Part shown: in pieces, positions 40,587-55,000 of the stretch | How the letters are laid out: each line of letters opens with the position of its first letter | Position numbering within the stretch: the stretch's first letter is position 1 | Origin: Chrysomallon squamiferum | Taxonomy: Eukaryota > Animalia > Mollusca | Direction: 5' to 3' | NCBI GenBank assembly: GCA_012295275.1 | Contig: CM022671.1 | Span: 3,596,001-3,660,000 of the forward strand | Length of the DNA stretch: 64,000 nucleotides | Translations under genes and position numbers: made by a program | The notes under the pieces: generated by a model | The model's input: the letters and a program-made list of their open reading frames with translations, nothing else | The model's database searches: none | What the model was told of the DNA's origin: nothing

Positions 40587-43500
40587 TGTATCTATCTACT
40601 TACAATGGATGTATTATTAATACGTGTATATTACTGAATAGAAATTATTTTTCTTGCAATTATTGGCTTAAAAAAATATATATATAAATTGAAGGTTTTT
40701 TTTTTATATAATTATTAATACTGATATATTTATAGAAATACTTGAAACGAACGTAATATATCAAAAGAAAACAAATTTGTAATTATTATTTTTTATTAGA
40801 ATATTAAAAAAGAAAACATTAAAAATGGATTAATCAGTTTTTTCTGACAGTGTTTTAAACTGATCTTTTCAATCAGAATCATTTGTAATCCTTTTCACAT
40901 GTTTTTCCGTTTAATTTACGAAACTGTAAATGTAATATGTGATAAAATATTATAATAATTATAATTCTATGAAATGGATATTTACATACTGGTAGAAAAG
41001 GTTACAAATGAACTGAAAAATTAATCGTGAATGAATAATCAGAAAACATTATAAACGAAAACATTTGTGTAAGAATAAACACCAATTGTTTTAAATTATT
41101 TTTAACGCTTTTATACACTAATGATTTGAGAAAACGTTACAAATGTATGTTTGTGCAGTTCTTTGAAACAGATAAGTGAATATGAATACTTTACAGATGG
41201 ACCTATTAGTATTCGATATGGAAATTTAAATCGAAAAAATGTGTATTGTCTGTATTTGTTTCTGTCCGTCCATCTACATCGGATAAGATTTATCATGTAT
41301 AGTGGATTATGGATTAAGTTTGTTAAAAAAAACCTTGTTGTATGTTGATATCAGTGATACCTGTATTTATATAGCCATAATTATATTTTATTATAGTCGC
41401 TAACTATTCCAACATATAATTGTTATATTTTTATTTTATATAGTTAGTTATTAAATCGTTCTATGCATATATTGTTTTGACTTTTTGTTATGTAATTATA
41501 TTGTGCACTTTATTTACGCGATACACTAAGTTTCACATACGCATTATAACAAAATATAATTATATATATATATAAAATAATAATAATAATAAGAATAAGA
41601 ATAATGGTGGGAACAAATAAATAATAAGATAAAAATATTAATAAATAAATAACATGAAGTTAACTAAAACATTTGTCATCAAACAAATGTTTTGATTAAA
41701 ATGCAGCCATAGAATAAATGGGGAAAATACAAATATTTTATTATTATAAATCGTTTTCATTTATTATTTTTATTATGCCAGAAACTAGTATTAATTAATG
41801 GCATGTGAAACTGGAATTCACAGAAAAGTACTGATTTCAACATCTGACGAAATGCATGCACTAAAAGACAGCCATTACAGTAACTCACGTGACTATAACG
41901 TGACAGTTGTGTCATGCTTCAAGTCTGAACTGGTCCAATCAAAATTTAATTCAGCAGGTCAAAGATCATAACAACAAAATAAAGAACAAAATCCAAAATT
42001 AACGTTGTATTCTTTATTTTTCATAATTCAAATATTGGTGTATCAAATTAAATATTGTGCTAATTGTAAATTAAATTAAAAAAGGAACGTATAACACAAC
42101 CACTACTACTAATAATATAGTATTTGAAAGGAAAGTACTAATAGAACTAGCAGAATAATAGTAGTAATAATAAAAGTGGTAAGAATAATAAAGGTAATAA
42201 TTATAAAAGTAGTAACAGTAATAATAAATGTACTAGTAATAGTTACAGGAAGAACAAGAAAAGTAGTACTATAAAAAAATAAAAGCCATAACAGCAATGC
42301 CAGAAAAAGAGAAATTACACCAATCATGGCAATACAGTTAGTATCAATAATAGCAATAGCAATGATAAAAAAGTAGCAATAATTTTGAAAGAGTAAGAAA
42401 GTAGAATTAGTAGTACAAATTGTAGTATAAATAGTAGTTGTAGTGATAGTAATAATAAAATAGCAGTAAAAATAATGGTATAAACAGTAGTGTTGCTAGT
42501 AATAACAAGTATATAAGTGAAATATTAACTGTTACAAAATTAAGTACTGTACCTAGAAAACCAGTCTTTAATGAAAACAACCAAAACTAAATAAATAAAA
42601 AATATTATACATTTTTATTTATTTAGTTTTTAAATATCTGTTTGTCACATACTTACTTCAGTTTCTGGCTTGTTAACTCTCCATGATTTTTAAGTTAAGA
42701 CCTTGTTTGACATTAATATTAAAATATGTCATATTAAATAATTTATACTTGCCAATTAGTAATTTTAAAGTCTGATGTTCATACTATTTACAGTAGCCTG
42801 TTAATTAATTTATTTATTAGTACATGTACTTACTAATATAAATTTTAAAATTTATAAACTATCTTGTTCATGAAAGAAACAAATTAAAATACACTTGACC
42901 ATTCATTTAATGGACTCCTATCTGTCAAATTCTTGAATTTCAGGGAACTGTAGAAATATTCTTGAATTGATCAAAATCGAGACCTGTCCAAGACCTAGTG
43001 AAATGTTTCCTTGAGTCTGCCAGTCTCTCTGTCCATCATAATAAAGTAAATTTAGTTCTGTATACTATTCTACATTGTTAGTATTAATATTTCTGCTATT
43101 TCCAATGTCCTTCAGAAAATGTGAACTTTAATTTTTTTGGACAAATTTTGGACAATAAAAAAAAAAAAAAAAAGGAATAATTTAGTAACTGCAATAACTC
43201 TAAAGGATAAATTTATTAACCCTAAAATATCCCTGTCAAAAAAAATAATCAAATAATAATAATAATAAAAAAAAAAAAAAAAAAATTATACATGTAAAAT
43301 AAATAATAATAATATCAAGATAAAAAACATTAAATGTACAGCATCTAGTCTGCTAGGTCAAATACTACACCAGCTATCTTATCTTTAATAGTTATACACA
43401 TAACAAAATTACAAAGTAGGGACATAATCAACAAGCTAGGGAATGGCTATTTATGCAAATTTATGCTACTATTGCACTCGGAATAATTTACATTAAATAA

Positions 43501-44186
43501 TAATTAAATAACTGAAGAACCTCAACCGTAACTCCCTTCCAAAAAAAAGAAAACAAAAAAAACCCCAGAATAATATGAAACAAAAAAAAAAAAAAAACCA
43601 CACAACAACTCAGAGTTCAAATCTAGTGCAACATGAAAATTCATATATTAATGTATACTCAGGTAAATTTTTGTTACTTTGTTGTTTTTACTTCTTTCTC
43701 TTCCTGCCAGTGATGAGTGTTTTAAAGATATTTGCATGTGATTTCTTGTCCTTGGCAACCCTTGATGTCAGGTGATTAGTTCCCATTGAGAGCAGCAGCA
43801 GATTTCCTTTCTCATATTATCATCATAAAGAAGTTTTATATCTGACTTCAAATAACTTTTAATATTAAACTGTGTTCAAGTGTTGTTAAAGGCTAAATCA
43901 GAAATATTTGGACTTAATTAGAAATAAACTTCACAAAAAAAAAAAAAAAAAATGGTAATTGTGGACTGTATAATCACAACTTTTAAAACATCCTTTAACT
44001 AGATGAATAAGTTAATTTAGAAGTAGACTGTCTTAAACATTTTAGAGCTGATCAGATTTCTACTTTCATTCTTAAGATATATATATCATGCATTCTGATT
44101 CAGATAAACCAATCAAACATAATGACAAGACATTACTCCAGTTTTCAAGTTCTGGCTGTACAATAATAAATGTTAACTGTGTCTTC

Positions 44187-44505
44187 GACTGCAGTACAGA
44201 TTTTAACATTACAAGTAAACTAAATGTCTTTTAGACTAGTGGACTGCAGTATAGATTTTAATGTTATATATAAATTAAAGGTTTGCTAGATTAGCAGACT
44301 GAAGTATAGATTTTAACATTACAAGTAAACTAAATATTTGTTAGACTAGTAGATTGCAGTATAGATTTTAACATTACAAGTAAACTAAATGTTTGTTAGA
44401 CTAGTAGATTGCAGTATAGGTTTTAATGTTACAAGTAAATTAAATGTTGATTTTAATGCTACAAGTAACCTAAATGTCTCTTAGACTAGCAGATTGTAGT
44501 ATAGA
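44187..44505 (-). repeat. ~55-bp minisatellite (about 6 copies) overlapping the NCKIPSD stop codon
   Basis: Unit gattgcagtatagattttaacattacaagtaaactaaatgtttgttagactagta; the terminal copy encodes SILQSASLRDI* on the minus strand. Confidence 0.85.
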
Positions 44506-47500
44506 CTGACTCAAATCTTTATCTGTCTGAGCTTCAGAATCTTCTTCACTGATGGAATGAAGAACAAAATACAGATCGTTGTATCGATATCTTGTTTCTT
44601 TGTAATTTGAATTTTCTATAACCAGTCTTGTGAGCTTGAGGTAGATGGTTCTGTCCTACAACAGAAATATTAATAATATATTTTTTATTTCATTTCCTAT
44701 AAAATGCTTTACTTTATACAACTATAAATAAACCTACATACTACATCAGTAATGCCAATGAGGTTAAATGCATTTTTAATTTTAATTTATTAAGTTTTTT
44801 TTTTTTTTTTTACACAATATATTTATATTTATACACAATAAACTTTAAAAAAAAAAAAAAAATTGAAAACTCTTTAAGTATACCAGACAAGTATTTCAAA
44901 AAACTAAAATAAAATAATTAGTTAAGAAAAACTTAATATAAAATATACTTTTATACTATACAAATAGTTTTGGACATACAGTTATGGAAAGAGAATGCAT
45001 GTATGTATATGTATAGATAGACAGATAAGATGAAATCACAAACCGGGTCTCCAGGAGAGAGGTTTGTAAGCTGGCGTATCAAGACATCAATAAGAACGAG
45101 GGAATCGCTGGTGTACAGCAGACTGGCAGTCTGTGGTGTGCTGTACAAATCCTGCATAAACTTTATCACTGAGTTCTCTCTGTCTGCTTGTCTGTCATCA
45201 AACAGTCGTACCGGGTCATCTAACACACAAAATAAACAAAAATCATTGTTACGAACTTGATAAAACAATTAAATAAATCAACTCTGATAAATAATAATAA
45301 TAATAATCATAGAATTTGTAGTAGTAGTAGTAGTTGCTGTTGTTGTTTTATAATAGTAATAACAGTAGTAGTAGTAATGATAATAATAACAGTACTACAA
45401 ATAATAACTGCAACAATGACAATAAAAGCAATAGTAGTAATTAGTAGTTATAATAATAGTAATAAAAAGGACAATATGTATAATAACAATACCAAAATTA
45501 GTAATAATAAACAGAATAATAATTATAATAACAATAACACTTATAACACTAGAATATCTCTACTACTACTAGGATTACTACTACTAACAATAACCATAAC
45601 AAATAGAATAATAAATAGAATAATAATAATATAATAATAATAACAATAATAATTATAGTAACAAACACAATAACAGCAATACTGATACTAATAAACATTA
45701 AAGTATCTGCAATGTTGTACCTCCTCTGTTAAACAACATCAGTATTTTCTCTGTGAGAACTTTACAGTGTGTCTGATTGGCCAGAGTCTTCATCACTAAA
45801 TTGTGCTCAACATCATCAAAGTGTAGATTGATTGCTAGTACCAAACTGATCAGCTGATCTATCAGGTCCTCAGAGTGATCAGGGGAAGGGGGATCCTCAA
45901 TCAAACCCAGAACATAACTGATAAAACTCTGGTTGATGTGGTCTGGAAGAAAAGTGGTTTAAATTTGATTCAGGCTTGTTGATTTTGTTTTATTTTCATA
46001 GTTAAATGCATTGTGGTGTTGCAACTGAAATATATTTTATATATAGGAAGGTGGTTGTTTAATTCAGAAACACAAAGGACATAAGTGTGTTTATGTATTT
46101 TAATATTAGATGTTTTCATTATTGTTATTTATATTTATTGTTATAAATGTAGAGGTGTTTAAATAGGTTTAAAAAAAAAAAAAAAATATGCTTAATACAA
46201 CTTTAATTACAGAATACTTTTCAAGAGTCAAAAAACCTAATTTAAATAGAGTAATCATTTAAAAAAAAAAAAAAAAAAAATAAATAAATTCATAAAAAAA
46301 AAAAAAAATAAAATAAAATAAAAATAAAATAAATTAATAAATAAAATAAAATAAAATAAAATAAAATAAAATAAAATAAAATAAAATAAAATAAAATAAA
46401 ATAAAATAAACAAATAAAATACATATATATATTTTTTTTTTATGGAGGAAACTTTTACACATAAACAAATTAATAATATATTTTACAAAATTTGTACCAT
46501 GCAGATTTGCTGGGACTGCTTCCCCAGTGGAAAACAACATTGTCATGAGAACTGTCACATTTAGCAGTCGCTCAACATCTAAAAACAAAAAATAGTCTTA
46601 TTAATAATCTTCTTATAATAACTGGCTTAATGGATCATTTTTATGAAGTTTGTTTTTCTTAAATACAGGTTTAACAATTGGGAATAATTATTATATACAA
46701 ACTCAATGATTTAGCAGTATCGTATATAATAAAAAACTGTGACTCTCACATTAATGTATCTTTGATGATATGAATAAATATATTATGCATACTTCAAAGA
46801 AATGTTTTATTTATTTTTCTACCATCATTATTAAAATGAAGTATCTTTGAAAGTTTAAAAAAAAAAAAATTTAAAATTAAAATATATTACCACCATTATT
46901 ATGGTATAACTAAAAATCATCTAACAAATGTTTTAGAACTTTATTTTTGTAACTATAATCATTCATGTTAAAAATTAAGAATCTCAACATATTTAAAAAT
47001 CCAAAAATTCTTTTCACCTATCCTTTTTACAGAACAATTTTGTCATGCATAGTTCAGAAGTTACAAATTCAAAATTGCGCACAAGGATTTAATATCAACA
47101 GTTTATTTTGTCTGCAGAATTATTTGATTACCATGTTTTAAACATACCATGACTTTGACTGCGCAATTCCTGAGCGACTTCTAGAGGGAGAACAGAAAAG
47201 AGAAGAATGGTGATAACGTTTCTGTCGAGTTCACAGAGTTTTTCAAAAACCTTCAGTAGCAGCAGACGAATTTGTGTACGAGTTTCCTGTAATTAAAACA
47301 TCAACATATTAATGTGAAATTTCAAATATATTAATATGAAATTAAAGTAAATTAATAATTCTTTAATATGGAAAGAAAATAAATATTTTAATTTAAAACA
47401 AATTAATGATTATGTTCTGTTTACTATAATAAGAACTAATTAATTAAAATGTTGTATTTTAAAACAAAACAGTTAATATTCTTTAAATTATTTCTTCCAG

Positions 47501-50500
47501 TATTTTAAGTATAAAATATAAATAAATTAATTCTTTTATTATAATTATAATAAATATATATTCATTAAGAATAATTTTGTGTCCATCTCTATAATTAAAA
47601 ACTTAGAATACAAAATATTTAATTAATAATTTGTATTTGATGACACATATAAAGTATTGTATAAAAACATTACACTTACCATCTGATAATATTCAACCAG
47701 ATCATGGACACTCTCGTATCTTTCACAAGAAATAACAGATCGTGTCACTGAGAATTTGGCATTTGTCTAGTAGAAAAAAAAAATATAGATCAATTGATGT
47801 AAACAGTCTCAAAAACTAAATGCATTAATAATTAAGTAAATGTAGTAAATAAAAATAACAAAATTAATTAAATTAAATTAAACAAAAAAAATATATATAT
47901 CTATAGATATATATATATATATAAACTAATTTTGCTAATGTACAGACAAACAATTCTTTCTTAAACAGTTTGAAAAAGGAACAATTTCTGCATTTCTTAG
48001 ATCAGTGTAGACAATTGTTGTTGTATTAGTATAGATAATAATTATTACAACTTTATAGAAAACAGCACCATTATAATAGCTATTATAACAGTATACCTGT
48101 ATAGATCAGTTTGTTATGACAGTATCTGTAAAGATAACTGTATTACGACACTACCAGTATAACATCAATTATTTTAATAGTACCACTGCATATAACAGTG
48201 TCATAACAATACTAGTATAAATAACAGTATATATATCTTAATACAGTATACACAACAGTTATTATTAGTTATTTTTATAGTATTGTAGACAACAGTTCCT
48301 GTAGTAGTACCAGTATAGATAACAATTCCTATGACAGTAGCAGTATATATTAGTTAGTGTGTATATAACAGTTACTGTACTATAACTGTTCCTGTAATAG
48401 TACCAGAAAAGATAACATTTCCTATAACAGTACCAGTATGGATAACAGTTCTGTCAGCTGTTGCTTGATCTCTGCCTCATCTTCGTGGAGGGCCCAGCCT
48501 CTCTGTTGTGCATCATTTTTCATCTCCCTCAGATCAGAGAAAATGGCTTCAAGGTGCTGCTTGTCCAGTCTGCCAATTCCTTCCTGTAATGACATTAAAC
48601 ACAACAACTTACTAATCATTAAAACAAATTAGAATATTCACTTTTAATTAAAATATTAGAACAATTCAGAGTTGTTTTAATTATTTGGTTCATATAACAT
48701 TGTAACGATTTTGTGACATGCTATTTATTTATTAGTTCAAAATCTGGTGAATGGTAGCAGTTAAATGTTCACTTCCAGACCAGTTAGTTCTTCATCACAA
48801 AAATTCAATTCAAAAGTTCCTTGTATTAATCCTAAGTGCCCAATCAACATACAGTAACATTCATACACTGACATGAGAAACAGGCTGACAGATTATTCTT
48901 CTGACCACTAAAGAAAGGTTTTTTTTTGTCTGGCTGTAGTCTAACAAATGTGAATAATATTAAAAACAATAATAACTGAATATCATTACACTCACCCCAG
49001 CCTCTACTGTGGCATAAATCTTGTCCATGACATCAGCAAGCTGGGGAACTTTCAGGCCTATGTACCCAACAACAATTTCGACAGCCATCTTGGATTTTTT
49101 GTAATTTAGTTGCGTGCTAGCTCTGATCTCATCAACTAACTGGGCTCCCAGGTCAGAGGGAATGGTTAGGTTGATGTCTTTGGAGGAAGATGAGGCATCT
49201 GGAGCAATGGTTTGATTGGGAGAAGGTGATACACAGGCAGCATTGACTTCATGGCTGGCAGTGTCTGTTTGCAACACGCTGCTGTCTGATATTTCATCTT
49301 GGCTTCTGGCAGTTTGTTCATTTGTATCAGGAGAAGGAATTGATGTTGAAGATTCAGAATACTTTTCTGAAAATTTATTAATCTTTATTAAAAATAATTA
49401 AAAAGTAAAACCACACACACATATACATATGCATGTATGTATGTATGTATTAATCATCCACAGATAACATGTTGTGATCAGACCTTTATGAACTGGCACT
49501 AACTGAAAATCATATATCACTACATATTTAAAAATGTTTATTAACAAAGAACAAATATTAACTTTTTTCAATATAAACTGTGACTACATTTTGCAGAAGG
49601 CTTTATTTAGTTTTCACCCAGTCAATGATTTTGGTACACTTCTCTCCTTTAATTCACTGTGAGTTAATGACACAAAATTAATACATGAACATATTGATCT
49701 GTTAATATTTGAGCATTGTCTGAATTCAATAATGTTAAAATCTGAATTACCAGGCACAGCTGTGTCTGAATTATTCCCTGTAGTGTGGACTGAATTCACT
49801 GAAACACTGAAATCTGAATTTATTTGATCTTGTTGTTTTTCAATATTTTCAGCATGAAGATGGTTTTGCTGATCAAAAACTGCTTTTCTATGTTGAACCA
49901 GTTGTCTGTAATAAAAAAATAAAAAAAAAAATAAATAAATAAATAAATAAATAAATAAATGAACAAATAGATAAAACATTTAATACACCATTAAAAGCTG
50001 CCTGTTTAAATGCAAATATATAGTCACATATACAAACATATTAATAATCTTATTATTATTATTATTTTTTTTGTTTTTTTTTTAAATAGATTTCATGTAA
50101 TACTGAAGAAAATTTAGTTTTATAATAAATTAAACATTTGAGTTTTTATAATTTATCCAGCAAGCTTGGAACCAGAGACTCTGGATTTCTTGATTTTCCA
50201 TTTTTAATAAATACTTAAATATAAAGTAAGAAATGACCTGTAGTAATTCAACTAATTGTTAATATTAAATAAACTGAGTGTCATAAGCACTTTTCATTCA
50301 GGTGACTTACTCAAGGGTTTCTCTCAGATTATGGTTATAAACCCCTGCACTAGCAGCTTCATAGTGAACTGCTTCTATTGACCCATCTATAAAATGAATA
50401 ATAACTTCAAACGGAACCTGGGAGAGAAAAAAAAAAAAAAAAAAAACAATATATAAAATAAATTATAAAATTTAAAAAAAAAAAAAAAAAATAATAAAAA

Positions 50501-50851
50501 ATTTATTAGGCCAATAATTTTCTTACTTTTATAAGTAACATTTACATTTAATTTTTTAAACATAAAAATATTTTAATAGTCAATAAATACAAAAGATTAA
50601 AATTTTTTTTTAAACTTCTAGTGACTTATGTAAGTAATTGTATGATAAAAATTTCATAATAAAATTAATTTTAGAAACCATACATTAATCTTCTCGATAT
50701 AGTTTGCTGGTATATAACCAAGTTGTCCAAAACCATTCTGTGCAAAGTACCAATCATTTCTGGAACTGTCAAGTAACGTAAATTTATCATCTGCCTCGAA
50801 GGATAAATACTGCGGAAGATTGCTTTTGTATGCATACAATGCTTTATACAT
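44470..50851 (-). CDS. NCKIPSD: NCK-interacting protein with SH3 domain (SPIN90/WISH/DIP), 11 exons, ~613 aa
   Basis: Exons (minus): 50851-50684, 50417-50311, 49905-49751, 49366-48996, 48583-48434, 47766-47680, 47286-47148, 46578-46498, 45942-45721, 45219-45044, 44655-44470; 1842 nt, phases consistent. N-terminal SH3 MYKALYAY..GYIPANY; signatures NDAQQRGWALHEDE, YYQMETRTQIRLLLLK, EKILMLFNRGDDP, LYTSDSLVLIDVLIRQLTNLSPGD. Confidence 0.92.
48050..48451 (-). repeat. Degenerate ~30-bp minisatellite whose first unit spans the NCKIPSD exon-5 donor site
   Basis: Minus-strand units aactgttatccatactg|gtactgttatagg, aaatgttatcttttctg|gtactattacagg, aattgttatctatactg|gtactactacagg, decaying into the intron. 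Confidence 0.75.
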
Positions 50852-52008
50852 TTGAAGGCGTAATGATACAAATAAACAAACTTGACAAGCGAATATTTCC
50901 CAATGACGTTAGAATGTACACTAGATTGTGCAAAAAATGATATTTCACTTGGCCATGATGACTTCCTGAGATGGCAATAAGAACATGGATTAGCCCATTA
51001 AGTTTGATTAACCATTCATACACTGATACAGTAAGAAAGAATCGTAAGACTAATCTTAAGACAATGGCAATGTGGCCTAACAAGCGATGCTAAATAATGA
51101 AAGTTTCATTTGTTAGTAACTTCATTTTTTTATGGTCCCACATGAAAAATTCTAAGCCGTGCAACTGAGCTGAATTCAAAGGAAACGTAAAAATAATAAT
51201 AATATTATTTTCCTTGTGATGAATGTTTCTATTTGACGAACAATTTCGGAGTTATCTGCTCCTGTCCCGCTTGACTTCGGTTCATTTTTTTTAATGCAGA
51301 TTCTGAGATTGTATATATAAATATTTTCAAATTAATTGTTTAAACTGAAACGAATGAAGACTATGAATTGGAAATTTATAATGCTGTACAAAAATAATAT
51401 TATTTTAAATGCGTTCTATATCTTCGAGTAGTATCGTACTAGTTTCAAAAAGACTTTCTCGCGAAAAAAACAACAATCGAACTCATCCAACAGGCAGGAA
51501 TGATAGACGCGCTCATTTCAAGATCTTTAAGCTGTAATGTAAATGTATGGAAAGAAGTTTGATGTCAGTGATGACATTTATGTTAAATTTGCAAAGACGG
51601 CAAATAACAACGTGCCTAGTTTATTTGGATGTATTTTCACAGGGCCAAATAGAAATAGAATTGGTGACGGAAACTGACTTAACTTCGGGACGCTAAGCCT
51701 GTCACTGTCAGTATCAACACGTACAATAAAATAATAAAGTGTACGTTTTAAACAATCCTCGTATGTATAGGTAACATTATTGAAAAAAATAATTTGCAAA
51801 AATGTTTGCAAAAGTTTGTTAAATCTTGGATGTAAAGCAGTTGCTGTTCGTGTTCCTTGATTAATTGACATTAGCTAATAAAAATTTAAGATTTTTTTTA
51901 TAGTACATTTCTTTTTATTATTATTATTGTTTTTTTTTTTTTTTTTTTTTTTTTTTTATTGAACTATCATAACAATATTACGGATGAACTGTTATTTCAC
52001 TTAGAAAC
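50852..52008. promoter_or_regulatory. Probable bidirectional promoter region between head-to-head NCKIPSD and TUBGCP6
   Basis: The two ATGs are 1157 bp apart on opposite strands; locally more CpG; TTTCTCGCGAAAA motif at ~51455-51467; an acceptor at 52003-52004 implies a non-coding first TUBGCP6 exon inside this interval. Confidence 0.55.
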
Positions 52009-55000
52009 ATGGAAGAAGATCCGGGTGTATTTAAAGATAGTGTGGTTGACTTGATTGGAAAACTCTGTAAGCTGCATTTTGCAGATCAGGCTAAAAGAGC
52101 ATATCTTGTTCAGCCTAAAAACTCAATAGAGGAATGCATCGTCAGACTGAAGAAAAAGGCATACAACACATTGTTTGAGAATCTGAAAGGGAGAAAAAAG
52201 CAAGTTTCTGTTTTGATATGAAATTAATACATAAGGTTTCATTTCTAAAATTTATTGTTTGAAATGGTAATGTCTTAAACTTTGCAGTTAAAAAGAATGA
52301 AAAAAAGAAGTTGCAAATGCTCACGATGTTGAAAATCTTCAAATATAATTTTAAAAACCCAGAGAATTGAAAGTAAATGATAAAAATTAAAAACAGTAGT
52401 AAGATTTACTGCTAAAAATAGCCTAACCCTTGAAATCATTTTGGAACATAGTTAAAATCATTATTGAATCTGAGAAAAAATGAACACAGCATTTGATATT
52501 CATTTTGTGCACAGTTTTTTTTCACTTGTATTTAATTTCACCTTAACTTTGTCAACATTTTGTTACTTTTTAGGAGTTTGAAATCTAATAACGACAATTC
52601 ACTCCCTGTACCCAAAGATGTGGATGGCATTCTAACACATGCCTATCAGCTTCGAAGCTGTCGGTGCTTTGATGATGCTGACAGACTTGAAGAATTACTG
52701 AATCAGCTCTTGGATAGATGCAGGGAATCATCAGGTACACATAAAAATTAATGTTTATGCTGATATGGAGAATTTTGTGAAATGCAATTCAGCTAAATAT
52801 TTAATCAGAAGATGTTTTTGTGTATTTAATCAATGTGTGTTATTTACTGATGCCTGCATTTTAGTTACAACAGCTGTTTTTGAGTGGGTACTAAATGAAA
52901 GGAATTAGCTTATATTACTGGGAATTAGTTTTGTTGTGGACAGTGCACTATATCTCCCATAGTGTAATGAAGAATAAGTATTGTGTAAAATGTGTATTTA
53001 TACATGATATTTGGATTATCTGTACTTGCACAGTTAAGTTCTCAGATATGATGCTTTTAATTTATTATTAAAATTTCTCAGAATCTGTCCATGACAAAGA
53101 AGATGTTTCTAAGATTCTACTAATGTTGGTAATGCTCAGAGGAAGTGGAATTGAAGAAGACAAGGAAATTCTTGGTCATGGGAAACCTGTATTTCAGAAA
53201 CTAGTCGTTGACAAGGTGCATTGAAAATATATCAAAAATAATAAGATACGCTTTTCTTTTATGTAAAATAAATTTATAATAAAAAGAAATAAGAATTTTA
53301 GAATATTATTTTATATTTTAAAATTAAAATTCTGATACTTGTGGTGTGTTGCCTCTCAGCTAATGAAAGGAATTCAGTTCAATTCATCTGTTATCCAGAG
53401 ATAAAACGTCTTTATTTAATTTAATTTTTTTTTTATCATCCATGTCTGGATATATATTTGCATTTGTCATTCAAAGTAAATTATTTATGCAAACTATTTT
53501 CACAGTGTCCTGATGCTATTGACAAACCCATCTATTATGGAGACAGTAGAATGTATCAGCCAAACTGCAGATTCTACATGCATTATCACAGGTATGTATA
53601 ATTTCACATATCAGATATATCCAGAGCTTCATATGCAGCATGTTTAAGTTTTAGCGGTAATCTTTCTGGTCTAATAAATAATTTGCTTGTTGTCAGGGCC
53701 TATGAGAAGGGGGCCCAAGAGCTAGACCCATCCCCCTCTCAAGAACAAGCACTTTCTACTACCCTCAGCACATTATATCTGATCCTGGAAACACTGCATT
53801 TATGAGAGGTTACAGGAAGATTTACCTCAATTTTGAGAAAAATCTTTGCCTTGGAAAATGTCTCTTGAAGGTCCTGCCTCTTATGATAATTACAGTGTCA
53901 CCAAACCGTCATTACTGCATTTTCTGCCTTTAATCCTTGAAACGGAGAATTATTCATATGTAAACTATATTTAGTAGCACTAATACAATCTAATCTTTGG
54001 AGAGAGGAGAATAAAATAAAAGTTTGGTATGTATTTTGTTATACCTGAAAAACTTAGTTACAGCAGTCTCAATGATTGAGTAATGTGTAATTGTACTTTA
54101 GCTATTCATTTTATTTATTAACCCTTTATATTGTTTTACATGTTATTTATTAACCTCTGAGTTTATCTTGTTTGTTTATTTTATTGCAGAGATTTGTTTG
54201 AATCCAGTTTTAAAACTGTCAGTTTGCAGACAGAAAATGAAATACAGAAAATAAATGTATGTTTAGTACTGAAAAGAAATTTTTATTTTTTATGTTTTGT
54301 TTTGAAATTTCTTTAAATTTAAAAATGAATAAGTATATATTAATTATAATTATTTATCTCAGCATTATGTCTCTAAAGTAGTATTAATATCTATTCATTA
54401 ATTTACTTTTAAACTATAATAATAGTAATAAAGTATATATATTTAGGAGGAATATAATATTCTGACATAAATTATTTAAATTAAGCAACACTGAAATTGC
54501 ACATGGATAACAGCAAAATTAATGTAAACAGTTCAACCCAAGTCTTCAAGGTCAACTTAAATGTACTTCACTCTTTTAATTTAAAAAAAAATAGATTGAT
54601 GATAATAAGGTATTTTGAATGTATATTTTTTTCATTTATTAATGAAATATTTAAGTTTATTTAAAAAAGAAATAATAATTAAAATATTTTCAGATATTTG
54701 AAATGACACCAGGAACTGGATTAATTGGTCATGGATTATTTACTGTAACAGTAAGTGTATTTACCTGATCTGTAAACATAAGTGAATTAACTATTGATAA
54801 AATATCCACTTCTGATTTTCTTCTTATGCCAGTTATTTCTTTTTGTCATATACACATGTGAGAGAAAGAATAGATATAAAAAACTCAATATATTGTTTTG
54901 ACTGTCATGCTTTATTGTTAGCAATGTAATGTAAATTTAGTTTTTACCACCAGAGATACTTTAATATCAAATAACTGAATCCATCATGAAACATTCAAAA

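Noticed and set aside
43660-43845. Possible alternative terminal exon of NCKIPSD
   Set aside because: Weak acceptor, no recognisable homology, and the in-line stop at 44470 already gives a plausible C-terminus.
49614-49750. Extension of NCKIPSD exon 3 to a donor at 49618 as suggested by the ORF
   Set aside because: That donor is phase 2 and gives a stop in the next exon; the phase-1 donor at 49751 keeps the frame.
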